Source of the DNA: Okamejei kenojei
Lineage: Eukaryota
Assembly: GCA_035221665.1 (NCBI GenBank)
Contig: CM069142.1
Coordinates: 34,348,001-34,412,000, forward strand
DNA length: 64,000 bases
Reading direction: 5' to 3'
Of this stretch, positions 12,470-25,211 are shown piece by piece. Numbering within the stretch: position 1 is the stretch's first letter; each line of letters starts with the position of its first letter. Position numbers and translations under genes: made by a program. Under the pieces are notes generated by a model, which saw only the letters and a list, made by a program, of their open reading frames with translations, was not told where the DNA came from and searched no databases.

Positions 12470-13051
12470 GGGGCTGGATGAATCAGTGCGGGATGGATAG
12501 ATGGCGGGGGGTGTTTGAGAAGGCAATCGGTGCAGAATGGATGGATTGAGGCAGAGGAATTAGTGTGTGTTGGTTGGAGTCGGTAAAATTGTGAGGGGAG
12601 ATCGCAGGAGATGTCAGTGAGGGAATACAGGATGGATGAGGGGGATATCAGTACAAGATGGATGGGGGGAAATCAGCACAGGATGGGGGGGGGGAATCAG
12701 TACAGGATGAATGTGGGGGATCAGTACAGGATGAATGGGATGGGTCAGTACAGTGTGGATCGGGGGAGCTTTGCAGGATGAACGGGTGGTTCAGTACAGG
12801 ATTAAAGGTGGAGAGCAGTGCAGGATGGATAGGAAGGGGGTCAGTACAGGATGAATTGGGGGACGAGTGTAGGATGGATGTGGAGGTGGCAGGAGAATCA
12901 ATGCGAGGTGGATAGAGAGATCAGGATGAAGTGATGGGGGGGTAGATGGGGATGGGAGCACAGGGGATGTCAGTGAGGACTACATAGTGGGGGGAATGGG
13001 AATCAGTGTGGGGTGGGGTCCCAGGACAAGGGGGGGGGTGGAGGGGGGCGT

Positions 13052-13089
<38 letters not shown>

Positions 13090-13090
13090 A
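12470..13090. repeat. Degenerate purine-rich repeat (tcagtacaggatgaatgggg) ending in (GA)n
   Basis: Repeated TCAGTRCAGGATG units; (GA)n at ~13055-13086. Confidence 0.8.
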
Positions 13091-13099
13091 ATGGGCAGA

Positions 13100-13930
13100 T
13101 GAGGTGGTGAGGAAGGAAGGTCAGCGCTCCTCGGACAGGGATGGCCTCATCGCCCCGCAGCCTTGGCCGTCCCTGTCCACTGCCAAGTGCCACCGCCAAA
13201 GGGGGAGGTTGTTGGGAACTCCCGAGTCGCCACCGTCTCCCCTCCTCCGCCAGCCAACAGGAAGGCGCGGGGCCGAGCGGTGCAGGTGCTGCAGACGGCA
13301 GAAGGGGGCCTCCCCCTTCTTTCCTCGCTCCCTCCCTCCTCCCAGCCTCGGCGTGCGGGAGGGGTTGTTGTGAAAGCCGTTGTCGTCGTTGACGGAGCGG
13401 CAAGCAGCGGCCGCTGTGAGGGCTGGCGGGGTGCATGAGGAGGTGGAGCCGCCGCCGCCACTGCTGCTGCTGTGCGGGGCCCGTCATTCACTCCGCCCCG
13501 CCGTCACCCCGCATGGGGGGGGGGGGGGTGCGAGGGCCCGGGGCGTGGGAAAGGCGAGGATGGGGGACGGGAAAGGCGAGGATGGGGGGCGGGAACGGCG
13601 TGGTTGGGGGGCGAGGGCCCGGCGGGGGTGCGAGAGGCGGGGGGGGGGGGGGAAACAAACAGACCCCCCTCCCTGCGATGCAACGCAGTATTTCACGGCC
13701 CCACTCACCCAGACTAGGCCCGCGGCGTCGAGGCGACGCATTGAAAATGGCGGTGATCTGACCCCGCCCACTGCGCATGCGCGGAGAGACGGCGTCATTT
13801 TGCTTCTGCATCTTTGGTCACCAGCTTCCCCCCCACTGCGCAGGCGCGGATGGTCGCAAATATATATATTTTTTCCTCTGAAAAAAAGTGAGGTGCGGTC
13901 GCACCCAACGCACCCCCCCTTTCGGACGGC
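13100..13930 (-). promoter_or_regulatory. CpG-island promoter with probable minus-strand first exon of an unidentified gene
   Basis: NRF1-type TGCGCATGCGCG 13772-13783 and TGCGCAGGCGCG 13837-13848; GC box 13762-13769; YY1-type AAAATGGCGG 13744-13753; minus-strand donor TGG|GTGAGT (exon end 13709). Confidence 0.7.
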
Positions 13931-13934
13931 CATG

Positions 13935-14875
13935 AAAATGCTGGAGAAACTCAGCGGGTGAGGCAGCATCTATGGAGCGAAGGACATAGGCAACGTAAGT
14001 CGAAACCCTTCTTCAGACTGAGGGCGGGAAGAAGAAAGGAAGAGGTGGAGCCAGTGGGCTGAGGGGGAGCTGAGAAGGGGAGGAGAAAGTAGGGACTACC
14101 TGAAATTAGAGAGGTCGATCTTCATACTGCTGGGGTGAAACACATCTGCACAGCTGGTAGAGAACCTACAAACTCTGTGCAGGCAGCACCCGTGTTCAGG
14201 ATCGAACCCAGATCTCTGGCGCTGTAAGGCAGCATCTCTAGCGCTGTGCCACTGTGTCACCCCTAAATTTGCAGTGGGACTCACTCTGGCCATGAAAGAG
14301 GCCCAGGACAGAATGGACGGATTCGGAATGGGAGGGGGATTGAAGTGTTGAGCCACTGGGAGATCAGGTTGATTACATTTACAATGAAAAGATTTCGAGA
14401 ACTGTAAAAGGTATAGTAGCATTATAAAGAAATATCCTTTAGGATTTCCTCATTTACTGTGTCAAAAGTGAATATTGTTGTAGGTTTATTTATGCATCAT
14501 ATCCACAGATGCACTAGTATCAACTAAGAGTCAAGAATGTTTAATTGCAATATGTACCGACAATGGAACACTGAGATGAGGCTCTCTCCAGGGTCTCCTC
14601 GATATCCTGTAGCTCCAATCTCACTCCCCCTTCTCCCCTCTCATAACAAGGAGAGAGTCCCCCTTGTCTTCACCTTCCACCCCATCAGCCATCGTATACA
14701 ACATATAATCCTCCAACACTTTCGCCACCTCCACAGGGATCCCACTACTGGCCCTTTCTTCCCATCTCCACCCCTTTCTGCTTTCAGCAGAGATCGTTCC
14801 CTCCGTAACTCCCTGGTCAACTCGTCCCATCCCACCCAAACCCAATATACTTTCCCTGCAACCACAGGAGGCAGG
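13935..14875. mobile_element. Penelope-like fragments (13935-14370 minus, 14580-14875 plus) with nested SINE piece
   Basis: NQPDLPVAQHFN and KERVPLVFTFHP..IQHIILQHFRHL..AFSRDRSLRNSLV motifs. Confidence 0.8.
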
Positions 14876-15786
14876 TGTGAGGCCAAAAGGATAAAGAGCT
14901 GCAAACTGTGAAGCGGAGGAAGGAAAGTAGGTGGAGGCTGAGGGGGAAGGAAGAAACTGCTGCAACAGCAGCCAGGGTTCAGGGGAGGAGGAGAGGGAAG
15001 TGAAAGGTGAGGGGGAAGAAGGGTGTTTGTGGATAAGTTCCCATAAAATAAAATTAATTACCTAAAATAAAAAGTCAACATTTTTGATTGGTGTGAAACA
15101 AAGAAGTTTAAAGGTCTATTTCACTGCATTTGTGGTCATCAAAGACGGGCCCTGATCCAAAGTGTTTCCTATCCATCTTCTCCAGAGATGCTGCCTGACA
15201 CGCTGAGGTACTCCAACACTTTGCGTCTTCTTTTGTAAACCGGCATCTGCAGTTCCTTGTATCGCAACTTCTACACTCAATTCCCTGACCGATCAAGTCA
15301 CGAATGCCTAAAGTATTCTTTACTTGCAACCTTACTTTCAGGGAACTATGCACTTACACCCTCTGCTCCACAACACTCCCCACGGCTCTACAGTTCATTG
15401 TGAAGATCCTGTCCTGGTTTGGCTTCTCAAAATGCAACATCTCACTCTTATCTGAATTAAGCTCCATTAGCCTTTCCTCAATCTCTATCTATTCCCTTAA
15501 CTCCCTTTGCACCAGGATGTCATTATTCAGCTATTAGAAAAACTCTAGAAATTGTTCCGTCTTTTCTTTGAGGCCAGTTTGGGTCACTCTAATCCTGTTT
15601 ATAGAAGTTAAAATCAGCCTGCAACTTCAACAGTGAGATTCGCAGAACGACATTGCTGGGTTTCCGTGCATAATACAGGCTGACGTTAATTTGTTGTGGC
15701 ATTCCCTATTCTTGCAAATTCTCACAGCTGTCAATGTTTCACTCCTGCTATCTTTACAGCCTGGACTTAAAAAGACATACCATAAC

Positions 15787-16100
15787 GGCATGGTGGCCTA
15801 GCAGTAGCGTTGCTGCTTTAAAAAGCTTACAGCGCCTAGACCGAGGTTCGATCCTGGCTATGGGTGCTCTCTGCATGGGGTTTGTACGTTCTCCCTGTGA
15901 CTGCGTACGCTTGCTCTGTGATCTTTGGTTCCCTCCCACGCTCCAAAGACGTACAGTTTTGTAGGTTAATTGGCTTATATAAATGTAAAATTGTCACTAG
16001 TGTGCGTAGGATAGTGTTAATGTGCGGGGATCGCTGATCGTTGCGGACACGGTGGGCAGAAGGGCCTGTTTCCTCTCTGTATCTTTAAACTAAACTAAAC
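15787..16100 (+). mobile_element. HE1-type V-SINE, full length
   Basis: tRNA-like head (A box tggcctagcagtag, B box ggttcgatcc), V-core (gtttgtacgttctccctgtg..ttccctcccac), LINE-like tail ending (taaac)n; empty site visible at 17737-17742. Confidence 0.9.
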
Positions 16101-19100
16101 TCATGCAACACACAGCTACAGGGAAGTGCTGCTACCGATTGGATGGATACTGAAACTGTTGAGAGTCAAGGGCAGTGTGGTTGCCTAGCGGTAGAGTTGC
16201 TGCCTCTCAGCGCCAGAGGCCCGGTTTGAACCCGGCTATGGGTGCTATCTGTATAGAGTTTGTATATTCTCCCCACACAACTCCAGGAATGTGCTGCTAC
16301 CGAATGAATGGATACACCAACTGTTGCCAGTCAAATGTCTTACAGCGCCAGAGACTCGAGTTCGATCCCGACTACAGGAGCTGTCTGTAAGGAGTTTGCA
16401 CGTTCTCCCCGTGACCGAGTGGATTTCCTACGGGTGCTCCAGTTTCCTCCCGCATCCCAAAGACAGGCGGGTTTGTAGGTTAATTGGCTTCTGTAAAATT
16501 GCCCCAAGTTGGGAGTGGATGAGAAAATGGGATAACATAGAATTAGTGTGAACGGGAGTTCGATGGTCGGCGTGGACTTAATGGACCGATGGGACTGTTT
16601 CCACGTTGTATTTCCAAAACTAAAAACTAATCTAAAACATAAAGTGCACTTAGTTGCCATTGGTACTTATCAACTGAACCATCCCATCAACAACTCGACA
16701 GCAGTCCTTAGCTATTATCTACCTCATTTGAGATCCTCAGACTATCTTTAATCAGACTTTACTGGACTTTATCTTGCACTAAACGTTATTCCCTTTATCC
16801 TGTATCTGTACATTGTGGGTGACTCGATTGGAACCATGTCTAGTCTTTCTGCTGACTGGTTAGCCGGCAATAAAAGCTTTTCACTGTACCTCAGTACATG
16901 TGACAATAAACTAAACTAAACTAATGGAACAATTATATTCTTTCCTATAGCAGGGTGACCAGAACTGAACACAATGCTACAAGTACGACCTCAGCAGCGT
17001 CTCGTACAACGGTCCCATTACTGCAGCATTTCAGGCCTGTAAACACTATACGCAGCGATAGGATAATAAACAAAAAATATCAATAAATGAATAGCCGACT
17101 AGCGCACAATAACTCAAAGTCCTTGGTATTACCAAAGGCGACCATAATTCATAGTTGAGGTTAGTGTGGTAGAGTGTTCAAGAGCTTGATGGTTGCTGGG
17201 AAGGAGCTGCAGTCTGAAGAAGTGCCACGGCCTGAAATTTCACCTATCCATGTTCCCCAGAAATGCTGCCTGACCTGCTGAGTTACTCCAGCACTTTTTG
17301 TCCTTTTGAGTATTGAACGTCATCTGCATTTCTTTGTTTCTGCACTCTGTTCTTGATCCTGGAGGTGACGGTTTTCATACTCCTGTACCTTCTTTTCGAT
17401 GGCATGAGAGCGTGGCCAGGGTGGTGTGTGTCCTTGATGATGCCTTTTTAGAGGGGGTGGGGAGGACAGGACCCGTGATGGACCGGTAATCACCTTCGTT
17501 CCTGGTCATTTGAGTTGCCAAACCGTGATGCACCAAGTCAATCTGGCTGTAGAATTTCAGTCAAGTTATTAGTCAAAGAAATGACCTGCACTGTTTACCA
17601 AGTTAGTTATTGAAATGCAAGAAGTTCTGTGCCAGTGAAAAAGGTACATCGAATACAGTGATTCTTGCAAATTCTCACAGCTGACAACGTTTAACCTCTG
17701 CTATCTTTGCAGGCTGCTCTTAAAGGGACTTACCACAACTCACACAACACACAGCGACAGAGAAGTGTTGCTACTGAATGATTGGATATTGCAACTGTCC
17801 AGAATCAAGTGCATTTAATTGTGGGATGTACCGACAATGGAACAATTCAATTCCTTCCTCTAGCAGCACTGTGGCACAGTGGTAGAGTTGCTGCCATTAC
17901 AGCGCTAGACCCGGGTTCGATCTTGACCACGGGTCCTGTGTGTAGGGAGTTTGTACGCTCTCCCTGTGACCGCGTGGGTTTCTCCGGGTGCTCCGGTTTC
18001 CTCCCACACTCCAAAGACGTGCAGGTTTGTCAGCCAATCGGCTTTGGTACAGGATTGTAAATTGTTTCTCGTGTGTGGGATAGTGCTCGTGAATAGGGAT
18101 CGCTGGTCAACGTGGACTCGGTGGGCTGTATCGCTAAGTTCCTTTGTTCATATCGCAATTCATAACAGAGATAAAGCATTAACTCTGGGGATGGGGGGGG
18201 ATCTTAACATCTATTAATGTCTAGTGTAGGGAGTGGATGTGATGATGGGATAACATAGAACTAGTGTGAACGGGTGATGGATGGTCGGCATGGACTTGGT
18301 GGGCCGAAGGGCCTGTTTCCGTGCTGTATTTCTGAGCTCTAAACAATTTGTACTCTTTATCCTGTGTGTGTACACAGTGGATGGCAAGATTGCAATCACG
18401 TGTAGTCTTTTCGCTGACTGGATAGCACGCTACAAAAAAACTTTTTCCTGTAACTCGGTACACCTGACAACAATAATAAACTAAACTTTTACATTCTAGT
18501 GAAGTCACTTATCTAAAATGGCAGCTCCTGCCTGCAACACAGGTTGTTATAATAATACTCCTCAGTTAGATGAGATAATGCTGGGGAAGTTTGCACTATT
18601 CAACTTTGGAACAAGTGAACACTTTTTGAAGGGAGTAAAAGACACAAGGCAAATGAAAATAAATTAAACTAGAGCAAGGCAAGGAAGCAAGTTCAAACTA
18701 GTGGAAGTCAGGTCCAATATTCAAGCCAGGAAACTATCACTCAGACAATGTGTGAACAATGCTTTGTATAGAGGTCCAGGTAAATCCAGATATAACGACC
18801 CAGGTAAAGGGCTGAGGAGCAGTGAATGTCCTGATTGAGAGCAGACAAAATTTAGCAGAAGCAAGAGTTAAGAAAAACTTAATATAATAAAAAGGATTGA
18901 TGGTTTATACCCTAGAAGCTGGTTTATACCCAGATGCTGGTTTATACTCAAGATAGACACAAAATGCTGAAGTAACTCAGCGGATCAGGCAGTATTGCTC
19001 GCAAAAATGGATAGGTGGTACCCTTCTTCAGATTTATGTTTTGATCAACACAAAATGTTATGACAGACACAGCATTTTGTATCCATAGTTTTTTTTAAGC

Positions 19101-19549
19101 TTAGTTTAGAGAAACAGTGGGGAAACAGGCCTTTCGGTCCTCCGAGTCCGCACCGACCAGCAATCACCCATACACTAGTTCCATCCTACACACTAGGGAC
19201 CATTTACATAAGCCGATAAACTTACAAACCCGCACGTCTTTGGGATGTGGGAGGAAACTGGAGCACCTGGAGAAAACCCACGCGGTCACAGGAAGAACGT
19301 GCAAACTCTGTACGGACAGCACCCAAGGTCAGAATTGAACGTGGGTCTCTGGCGCTGTGAGGCAGCGGCTCTTTAATTTGTTTCAAATTAACTTTATTTC
19401 AAATTGTTTCAAATCAATGACTTGTCCCATCTGGTCATTCCTTCTTCTCCCTGCTCCCACCCAGCAGAAGATACAGAAGCTTGAAAGTACACACCAACAG
19501 ACTTAGGAATAGCTTTTTCCCTTCTGTTATCAGATTTCTGAATGGTCCT

Positions 19550-19850
19550 TCTGCACTCTAACTCTGCATCTTCCCCTCTTCCCCTCTGCACTCTGCACTT
19601 CCCCTCTCTCTGCACTCTGCACTGCATCTTCCCCTCTGCACTCTGCATCTTCCCCTCTGCACTCTGCATCTCCCCTCTGGCATCTTCCCCTCTGCACTCT
19701 GCACTCTGCACTCTGTCTCTGCACTCTGCAACTCTGCATCTTCCCCTCTGCTGCTGCCTCTGCACTCTGCATCTTCCCCTCTGCACTCTGCATCTTCCCC
19801 TCTGCACTCTGTATCTTCCCCTCTGCACTCTGTATCTTCCCCTCTGCACT
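19550..19850. repeat. (CTCTGCA)n / ctctgcatcttcccct minisatellite
   Basis: Directly visible 7- and 21-bp units, embedded in a Rex-type LINE 3' UTR. Confidence 0.9.
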
Positions 19851-22069
19851 ACCTATTGTACTAGAGTTTGGCTAGTTTGTACTTATGTACAGTATTATGT
19901 GATCTGTTTGGATAGCATGCAAACAAAGCTTTTCAGTCTACCTATTAAGATTTTATAGGAACCTGAGGGGTAACTTTATCATTCAAAAGGTGGTAGGTGT
20001 ATGAAAGGAGCTGCCAGAGGAGGTAATTGAGGCACGTATAATTGCAACGTTTAAGAAACATTTAGACAGGTACATGGATAAGTTGGTTTAACCATATAAC
20101 CATATAACAATTACAGCACGGAAACAGGCCCTCTCGGCCCTTCCAGTCCGTGCCGACCATTTGTTTTCCCCTAGTCCCATCTACCTGCACTCAGACCATA
20201 CCCCTCCATTCCCTTCACGTCCATATACCTATCCACTTTACTCTTAAGTTTAGTGGGATACGAGTCAAACGCAGGCAGGTGGGACTAGTGTCAGTGTAGG
20301 CAAGTTGGGCACAAGGGCCTGTTTCCACACTGTATGATTATGACAATTACGACATTTAGATTGACATATAGATAGGGAGGGTTTAGAGGGCTATGAGCCA
20401 AATGCAAGGAAATGGGACTAGCTCTATGTGCCAAATTGGTTGGCATGAACAAGGTGGGCTGAAGGGCCTGTTTCCGCCCTGTACGGCTCCATGACAGATC
20501 ACCTAATTTTGCTGCCTGTTATAGTGCAGGGTCGAGATAAAACTTTTGTCCTTGTACATCTTCCCCTGCATGAGAAAGCAGATAATTTCTCCGCACTTCT
20601 TAAGGTCAAATGGCTGAATCTGTAACAATTCCTCAGTGCAGCTGGCACTTAAAGATAAAGCAGGAACATTTACCAGCATGACCTACCCAAGTCCGAAACC
20701 CGAGAAAGCAAAATTTACAGACAAAAATAGCAAGACCATTGATTGAACAAAATTCAAAACTTAACACTACGAACTCTGACGTACAAACTGTCTTTGTTGC
20801 AAAAAGGACTTTGAGCTTTCTTTTGCTTTGGACTATATATATTTTTATTTATTTAACTTTTTTTTGTTTGTTTAGCTCAATAGCACAGTGGTAGAGTTGC
20901 TGCCTCACAGCCCCAGAGCCCTGGGTTCAACCCTGACTATGGGCGATGTCTGTACGGAGCTTGTACATTTTCCCTGTGGCAATGTGGGTTTTCTGTTTTT
21001 TCTGGACCATGGGTGCTCTGGTTTCCTTCCACACTCTAAAGATGTACAGGTTCATAGGTTAATTGGCTTCAGTAAAAATAGTAAATTGTCCCTAGTGTGT
21101 AGGATGGTGCTGGTGTACAGGGATCGGAGGTCGGCGCGGACTGAAGGGCCCGCTTCTGCGCTGAAAACTAAAAGATAAACTAACGTGTTATCTATGAGTA
21201 CTGTGTTTACAAACTTGCAATGCTGCTGCAAGTAAGGATTTCATTGTTCTATTTAGGTACACAAGACGATAAAACACTTTTGACTCCTGGCCCTCAACGG
21301 TGCTGCCTGACTTCCAGGGAGGAGAGGGAGGGAGAGAGAGTTACTCCAACTCATTCTTTTGTAAACCAGCATTTGCAGTTCCTTGTTTCAACACACTTCA
21401 ACACTTTGTGTGTTTTTAGTTTAGTTTTAGAGATACAGCATGGTAACAGACCGTTCGGCCCAACAAGTCTGCGCCCACCATCGATCTCCCATTCACACTA
21501 GTTCTACATTATCCCACTTTCTCATCCACTCCCTACACACTAAGGAACAATTTACAGAGACCAATTAACGTACAAACCTGCACGTCCAGGATGTGGGAGG
21601 AAACCAGAGTATCCGGAGAAAACCCGCGCGGTCACAGGGAGAATGTGTAAACTCCACACACAGACAGCACCCAAGGAGAAATGTCTTTAGTCCGAGGGTG
21701 GTGAATCTGTGGAATTCATTGCCACATGTGGCTCTGGAGACCAAGTCATTGGGTATTTTTAAAGCGGAGATTGGCATGTTCTCGATTAGCAAGGGCGTCA
21801 AAAGTTACGTGGGGAGAATGGGGTTGAGCAGGAAAGGTAGATCAACCATGGTCGAATGGCAGAGCAGACTCGATGGGCCGAATGGCCAAATTCTCTTCCG
21901 ATGTCTTATGGTCAGGATCGAACCTGGGGTGCTGTGAGGCAGCAACTCTGCCAGTTCTTTTAATACATATCCCACTTTATTACAAATCAAACTGTTGCAG
22001 GGGTGAAGTAACAAAGTAGCACATGTGTAAATTTGTAATAAGAAGCAGCAGTGGAGACCCACAGGGACT

Positions 22070-23100
22070 GAGTGAGGCTGGGAGGGAGGAAACGAGAGGA
22101 GGTAGGTGGGGAGGGGATGTGGGGGAGGAAAGGAAGGAAGGAAAGAAGGAGAGAGTGGGGTGTGTGAGAAGGGGGAGGATGCAGGGGGAGAGGCGAGAGA
22201 GGCGGGAGGGAAGGAGAGAGTGGGAGGAGAGGAGATGAACTAGAGAGAGGCGGGAGGGAAGGAGAGAGAGGTGGAAGGGAAGGAGAAGTGTGGGAGGGGA
22301 GGGGAGAGTGGGAGGGGAGGAGAGGAAAGAGAGAGAGCAAAGATCCCAGCGAGAGGTGGGAGGGAAGGAGAGGAGGCGTGGAGAGGGTGGAGGAGGCGTG
22401 GAGATCCGCCCGCCTTCTGCCCGCTCCCATTACCTGTCGGGCTGGCATCGCAGCGCAGCGCGGAGCGGAGCGGAGCGGAGCAGAGCGGATCCCAGCAAAG
22501 ATCTTTGCTTCCCAGCGCTGTGTGTTCGCTCCCTCCCGGCTTGTTCTCTTGGGGCAGGTTTGCTTCGGGATCAGTGTCCGCAGCGAGCGGCGGAGCGGGA
22601 GACCGCCCCATGGTGCGGGCAGCGACGCCGGGAGCCCGGGCGTGAAGCCGGGGGAGAGGGAGACTGAGACGGGCGAGGCGAGGCGAGGCGAGGCCATCCC
22701 GGCGGGGACATGCGGCGCTCCGCCACGGTCATCCTCCTGCTGCCGGCGCTGCTCTGCGGTGAGTCTGGGGGAGAAAGGGAGGGAGAGATAGAGAAGAGGA
22801 TGGAGGGGAGGGGGACGGGAGAGGGAGGTGGAGAATGGGGAGAGAGGGAAGTAAAGAGTGGGAGAAGGAGGGAGAGGGAAAGGTGAGGGGAGGAGGGAAA
22901 GAAAGAGATGGGGGGGGTGGGGAGAGTGAGAGTGGGCGTGCGGCTGGGGGAGGTGGAGAGACGGCGTTGGCCGGCGGGTCCGGGACGCGGCAGCGGGGCG
23001 ACTCGCCCCCGAGGGAGTTTTACCCATCGAATACACCCGTCATTATCGCCGCACTCTTTCCCTCCCGCCGCCCCTTCGGGCACACGGTGAGGGGGTGGGT
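22070..23100 (+). promoter_or_regulatory. CpG island / promoter and 5' UTR of the PTGFRN-like gene
   Basis: High GC and CpG density 22400-23100, purine-rich G-tracts on both sides, (GCGGA)n at ~22458-22480; contains exon 1. Confidence 0.8.
22710..22758 (+). CDS. PTGFRN: PTGFRN-like coding exon 1 (signal peptide MRRSATVILLLPALLC + G)
   Basis: ATG at 22710 in a CpG island; hydrophobic leader; donor G|GTGAGT at 22759. 49 nt, phase 1, joins in frame to exon 2 (G+GG = Gly, LTLGRVVKVP). Not in the ORF track. Confidence 0.85.
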
Positions 23101-23240
23101 GTCGCTAAACAACAACCAGGGCAGTGTCATTTCATTGTGAATGTGACATCTGTGAAATCTCGGTGTGAAAACCGCTGGTTCAATGGTACTTTAATGCCAC
23201 ATGGACTGAGGTAACAGTGAAATTGCCTCTTGTATATAGT

Positions 23241-25211
23241 CAGGGCTGCCAACATCGGGTGAGAGTTGAGAGTGAGAAATTGCGAGGGAATGTAGTGACC
23301 GAGTGGGGACACCCCCCTCCCACGGTACGGAGCTTTTACATTTTTCAGCTTGAAATTGTGCAATCCTGGTGCATACTGTAGCGAGTCTTTTAACGAACAC
23401 ATGAATGCAACATTTATGCCTTAAATTGGATTAGGTATGAATAACGTTAGGCTAAATTACGTTCCACAATAGAGCCAGGCTCTGACCAACAGGTTCAGCA
23501 CATGAATGACTAAATTCATGTATTGAAATCAGATTCATGCTGTTATGCATATATATATATATGGTGAAAAACAGAAACAAGTCGAGTCTGACTTCCATCA
23601 CTGTTCTGCACAAATAAATCAATCAACCTTACCCTTTGACTATAGAAACAAGACGAAAATAATGCCACATATTCAACCGTATATGGTTCAATGAAATTAA
23701 GATATGTATGTAAAATATATATATATGGAAACAGGCCCTTCGGCCCACCAAGTCCACACCGACCAGCAATCTACCAGTTCCATCCTACACGCCAGGGACA
23801 ATTTACAGAAGCCAATTAACCTACAAACCAGCACTTCTTTCGGATGTGGGAGAAACCGGAATATCCTGAGAAAGCCCATGTGGTCATAGGGAGAATGTAC
23901 AAACACTGTACAGACAGCACCCGTAGTCAGGATCAAATCTGGGTCCGTAGTGCTGTAAGGCAGCAACTCCTCGCTGCGCCAACGTGCCACCCCATTAAAT
24001 TATTTTTTCTGTAATATATTTATTATGGTGTCACGTCAATAAAGATGAACACATGATTCTGATTTCTGCCCTTAGTTGGATAACACACATCTCCAGTCAT
24101 TGTGTTTTACGGCTGGTTTTCAACCTCTTCAGTCTGAAGGTCTCGACCCGGAACATCACCCATTCTTTCTCTCCAGAGATGCTGCATGTCCTGCTGAGTT
24201 TTTCTAGTTTTTAGTGTCTATCTTCAATTTAAACCAGCATCTGCAGTTCCTTCCTACACTCCTTGTGAAGGGAAACAGGTCCTATTCTCATAATATTATT
24301 CACCTCAACTAAGTTTTTTCTTCACCTCTGTTGCTGCAGCGAATGCAATCCCAGTTGTTAAATCTTTCTTCAAAGTGAAAAAATAATTCCAGCCCTGCCA
24401 ACATCTTCATAAATCGCCCCTGGATCCTGTCCAGAGCAATTGCACCCTTTCTACAATGTGTCATAGTCTTGCAGCACGCAAACAGGCCCTTCATCCCAAC
24501 TTGTTCATGCAGATCAAGATGCCCCATCTCAACTAGTCCCATTTATCCGCATTTGGCCCATATCCCTTTAAACCTTGTATGTGCCAGTGTGTGTGAGAGA
24601 GTGTGTAATTGAAGCAGCGACAACATCCGGAGTGAGCGGAGACTTGGCGATGCCCGGGGAGCGTTTCCCTCTCCCCCCTCCCGGGAATGCGGGCAGGCCC
24701 AGGTGCTCTGTGCCCAGCTGGGGTCCGGGGGAGGTGAGAGTCAGTGACCCGGGGGTCGGGCATCGGAGCAGAGCCTTAGCCCGAGATTCATCCCCATGGC
24801 TCCGGAGGCGGCACCGATGCCCCCACTCACCCGGTCCACTCCTGGCTCCGGGCGGGGGGGGGGGGGGGTCGGCGCTGGGACCACCGCCGTGTCTCACCTA
24901 TCACACCATCTGCACGGGAGAAACTATCTTTTTTTCCTCCAAAATCATCCCGTGGGTCGGTAGTTTGACACCCCTGCTTTAAACCAATGCCCTCTAGTTC
25001 TTGAATCACATATCCCGGGAAAAAGACTATGCATTCACCTTATATATTCCCCTCATGGTTTTTACTCACCTCTAAAACAATTTTTGCTTTATTTTGAACT
25101 GCCAGCACCTGCAGATTTTTGAGCGTGGGAAATTTGTGATCAGGGTGAGAGCGTGAGAATTTTGCCAAATGCGCGACCCTCACGCTCAATGCGTGAGAGT
25201 TGGCAGCCCTG
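23241..25211. mobile_element. hAT-like non-autonomous DNA transposon carrying nested insertions
   Basis: Perfect 13-bp TIR CAGGGCTGCCAAC ... GTTGGCAGCCCTG; direct flank atatagt at 23234-23240 and 25212-25218; a second left-end copy starts at 7810. Confidence 0.82.
24580..24976. mobile_element. GC-rich hAT (Charlie-like) fragment, one terminus only
   Basis: Ends gtttgacacccctg (reverse complement CAGGGGTGTCAAAC) followed by ctttaaac. Confidence 0.6.

Noticed and set aside
12450-12473. Long poly-G/poly-C runs (also ~48135-48162) as functional G-quadruplexes
   Set aside because: Homopolymer lengths are unreliable in assemblies and there is no independent support.
12921-13969. Many overlapping 80-190 aa ORFs in the 13-kb CpG island
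   Set aside because: Low-complexity G/R/P/A translations in all frames, typical of stop-poor GC-rich DNA; no recognisable domain.
15787-15860. tRNA genes
   Set aside because: A/B-box sequences are SINE heads continuing into the V-core; no complete cloverleaf.
21987-23140. 349-aa and other ORFs over the PTGFRN promoter
   Set aside because: Artefacts of purine-rich and GC-rich composition; the real coding part is the 49-nt exon.
24566-24984. ctttaaac on both sides of the GC-rich hAT fragment as an 8-bp TSD
   Set aside because: The two flanks correspond to different positions of the host LINE and the left TIR is missing, so a deletion or coincidence is more likely.
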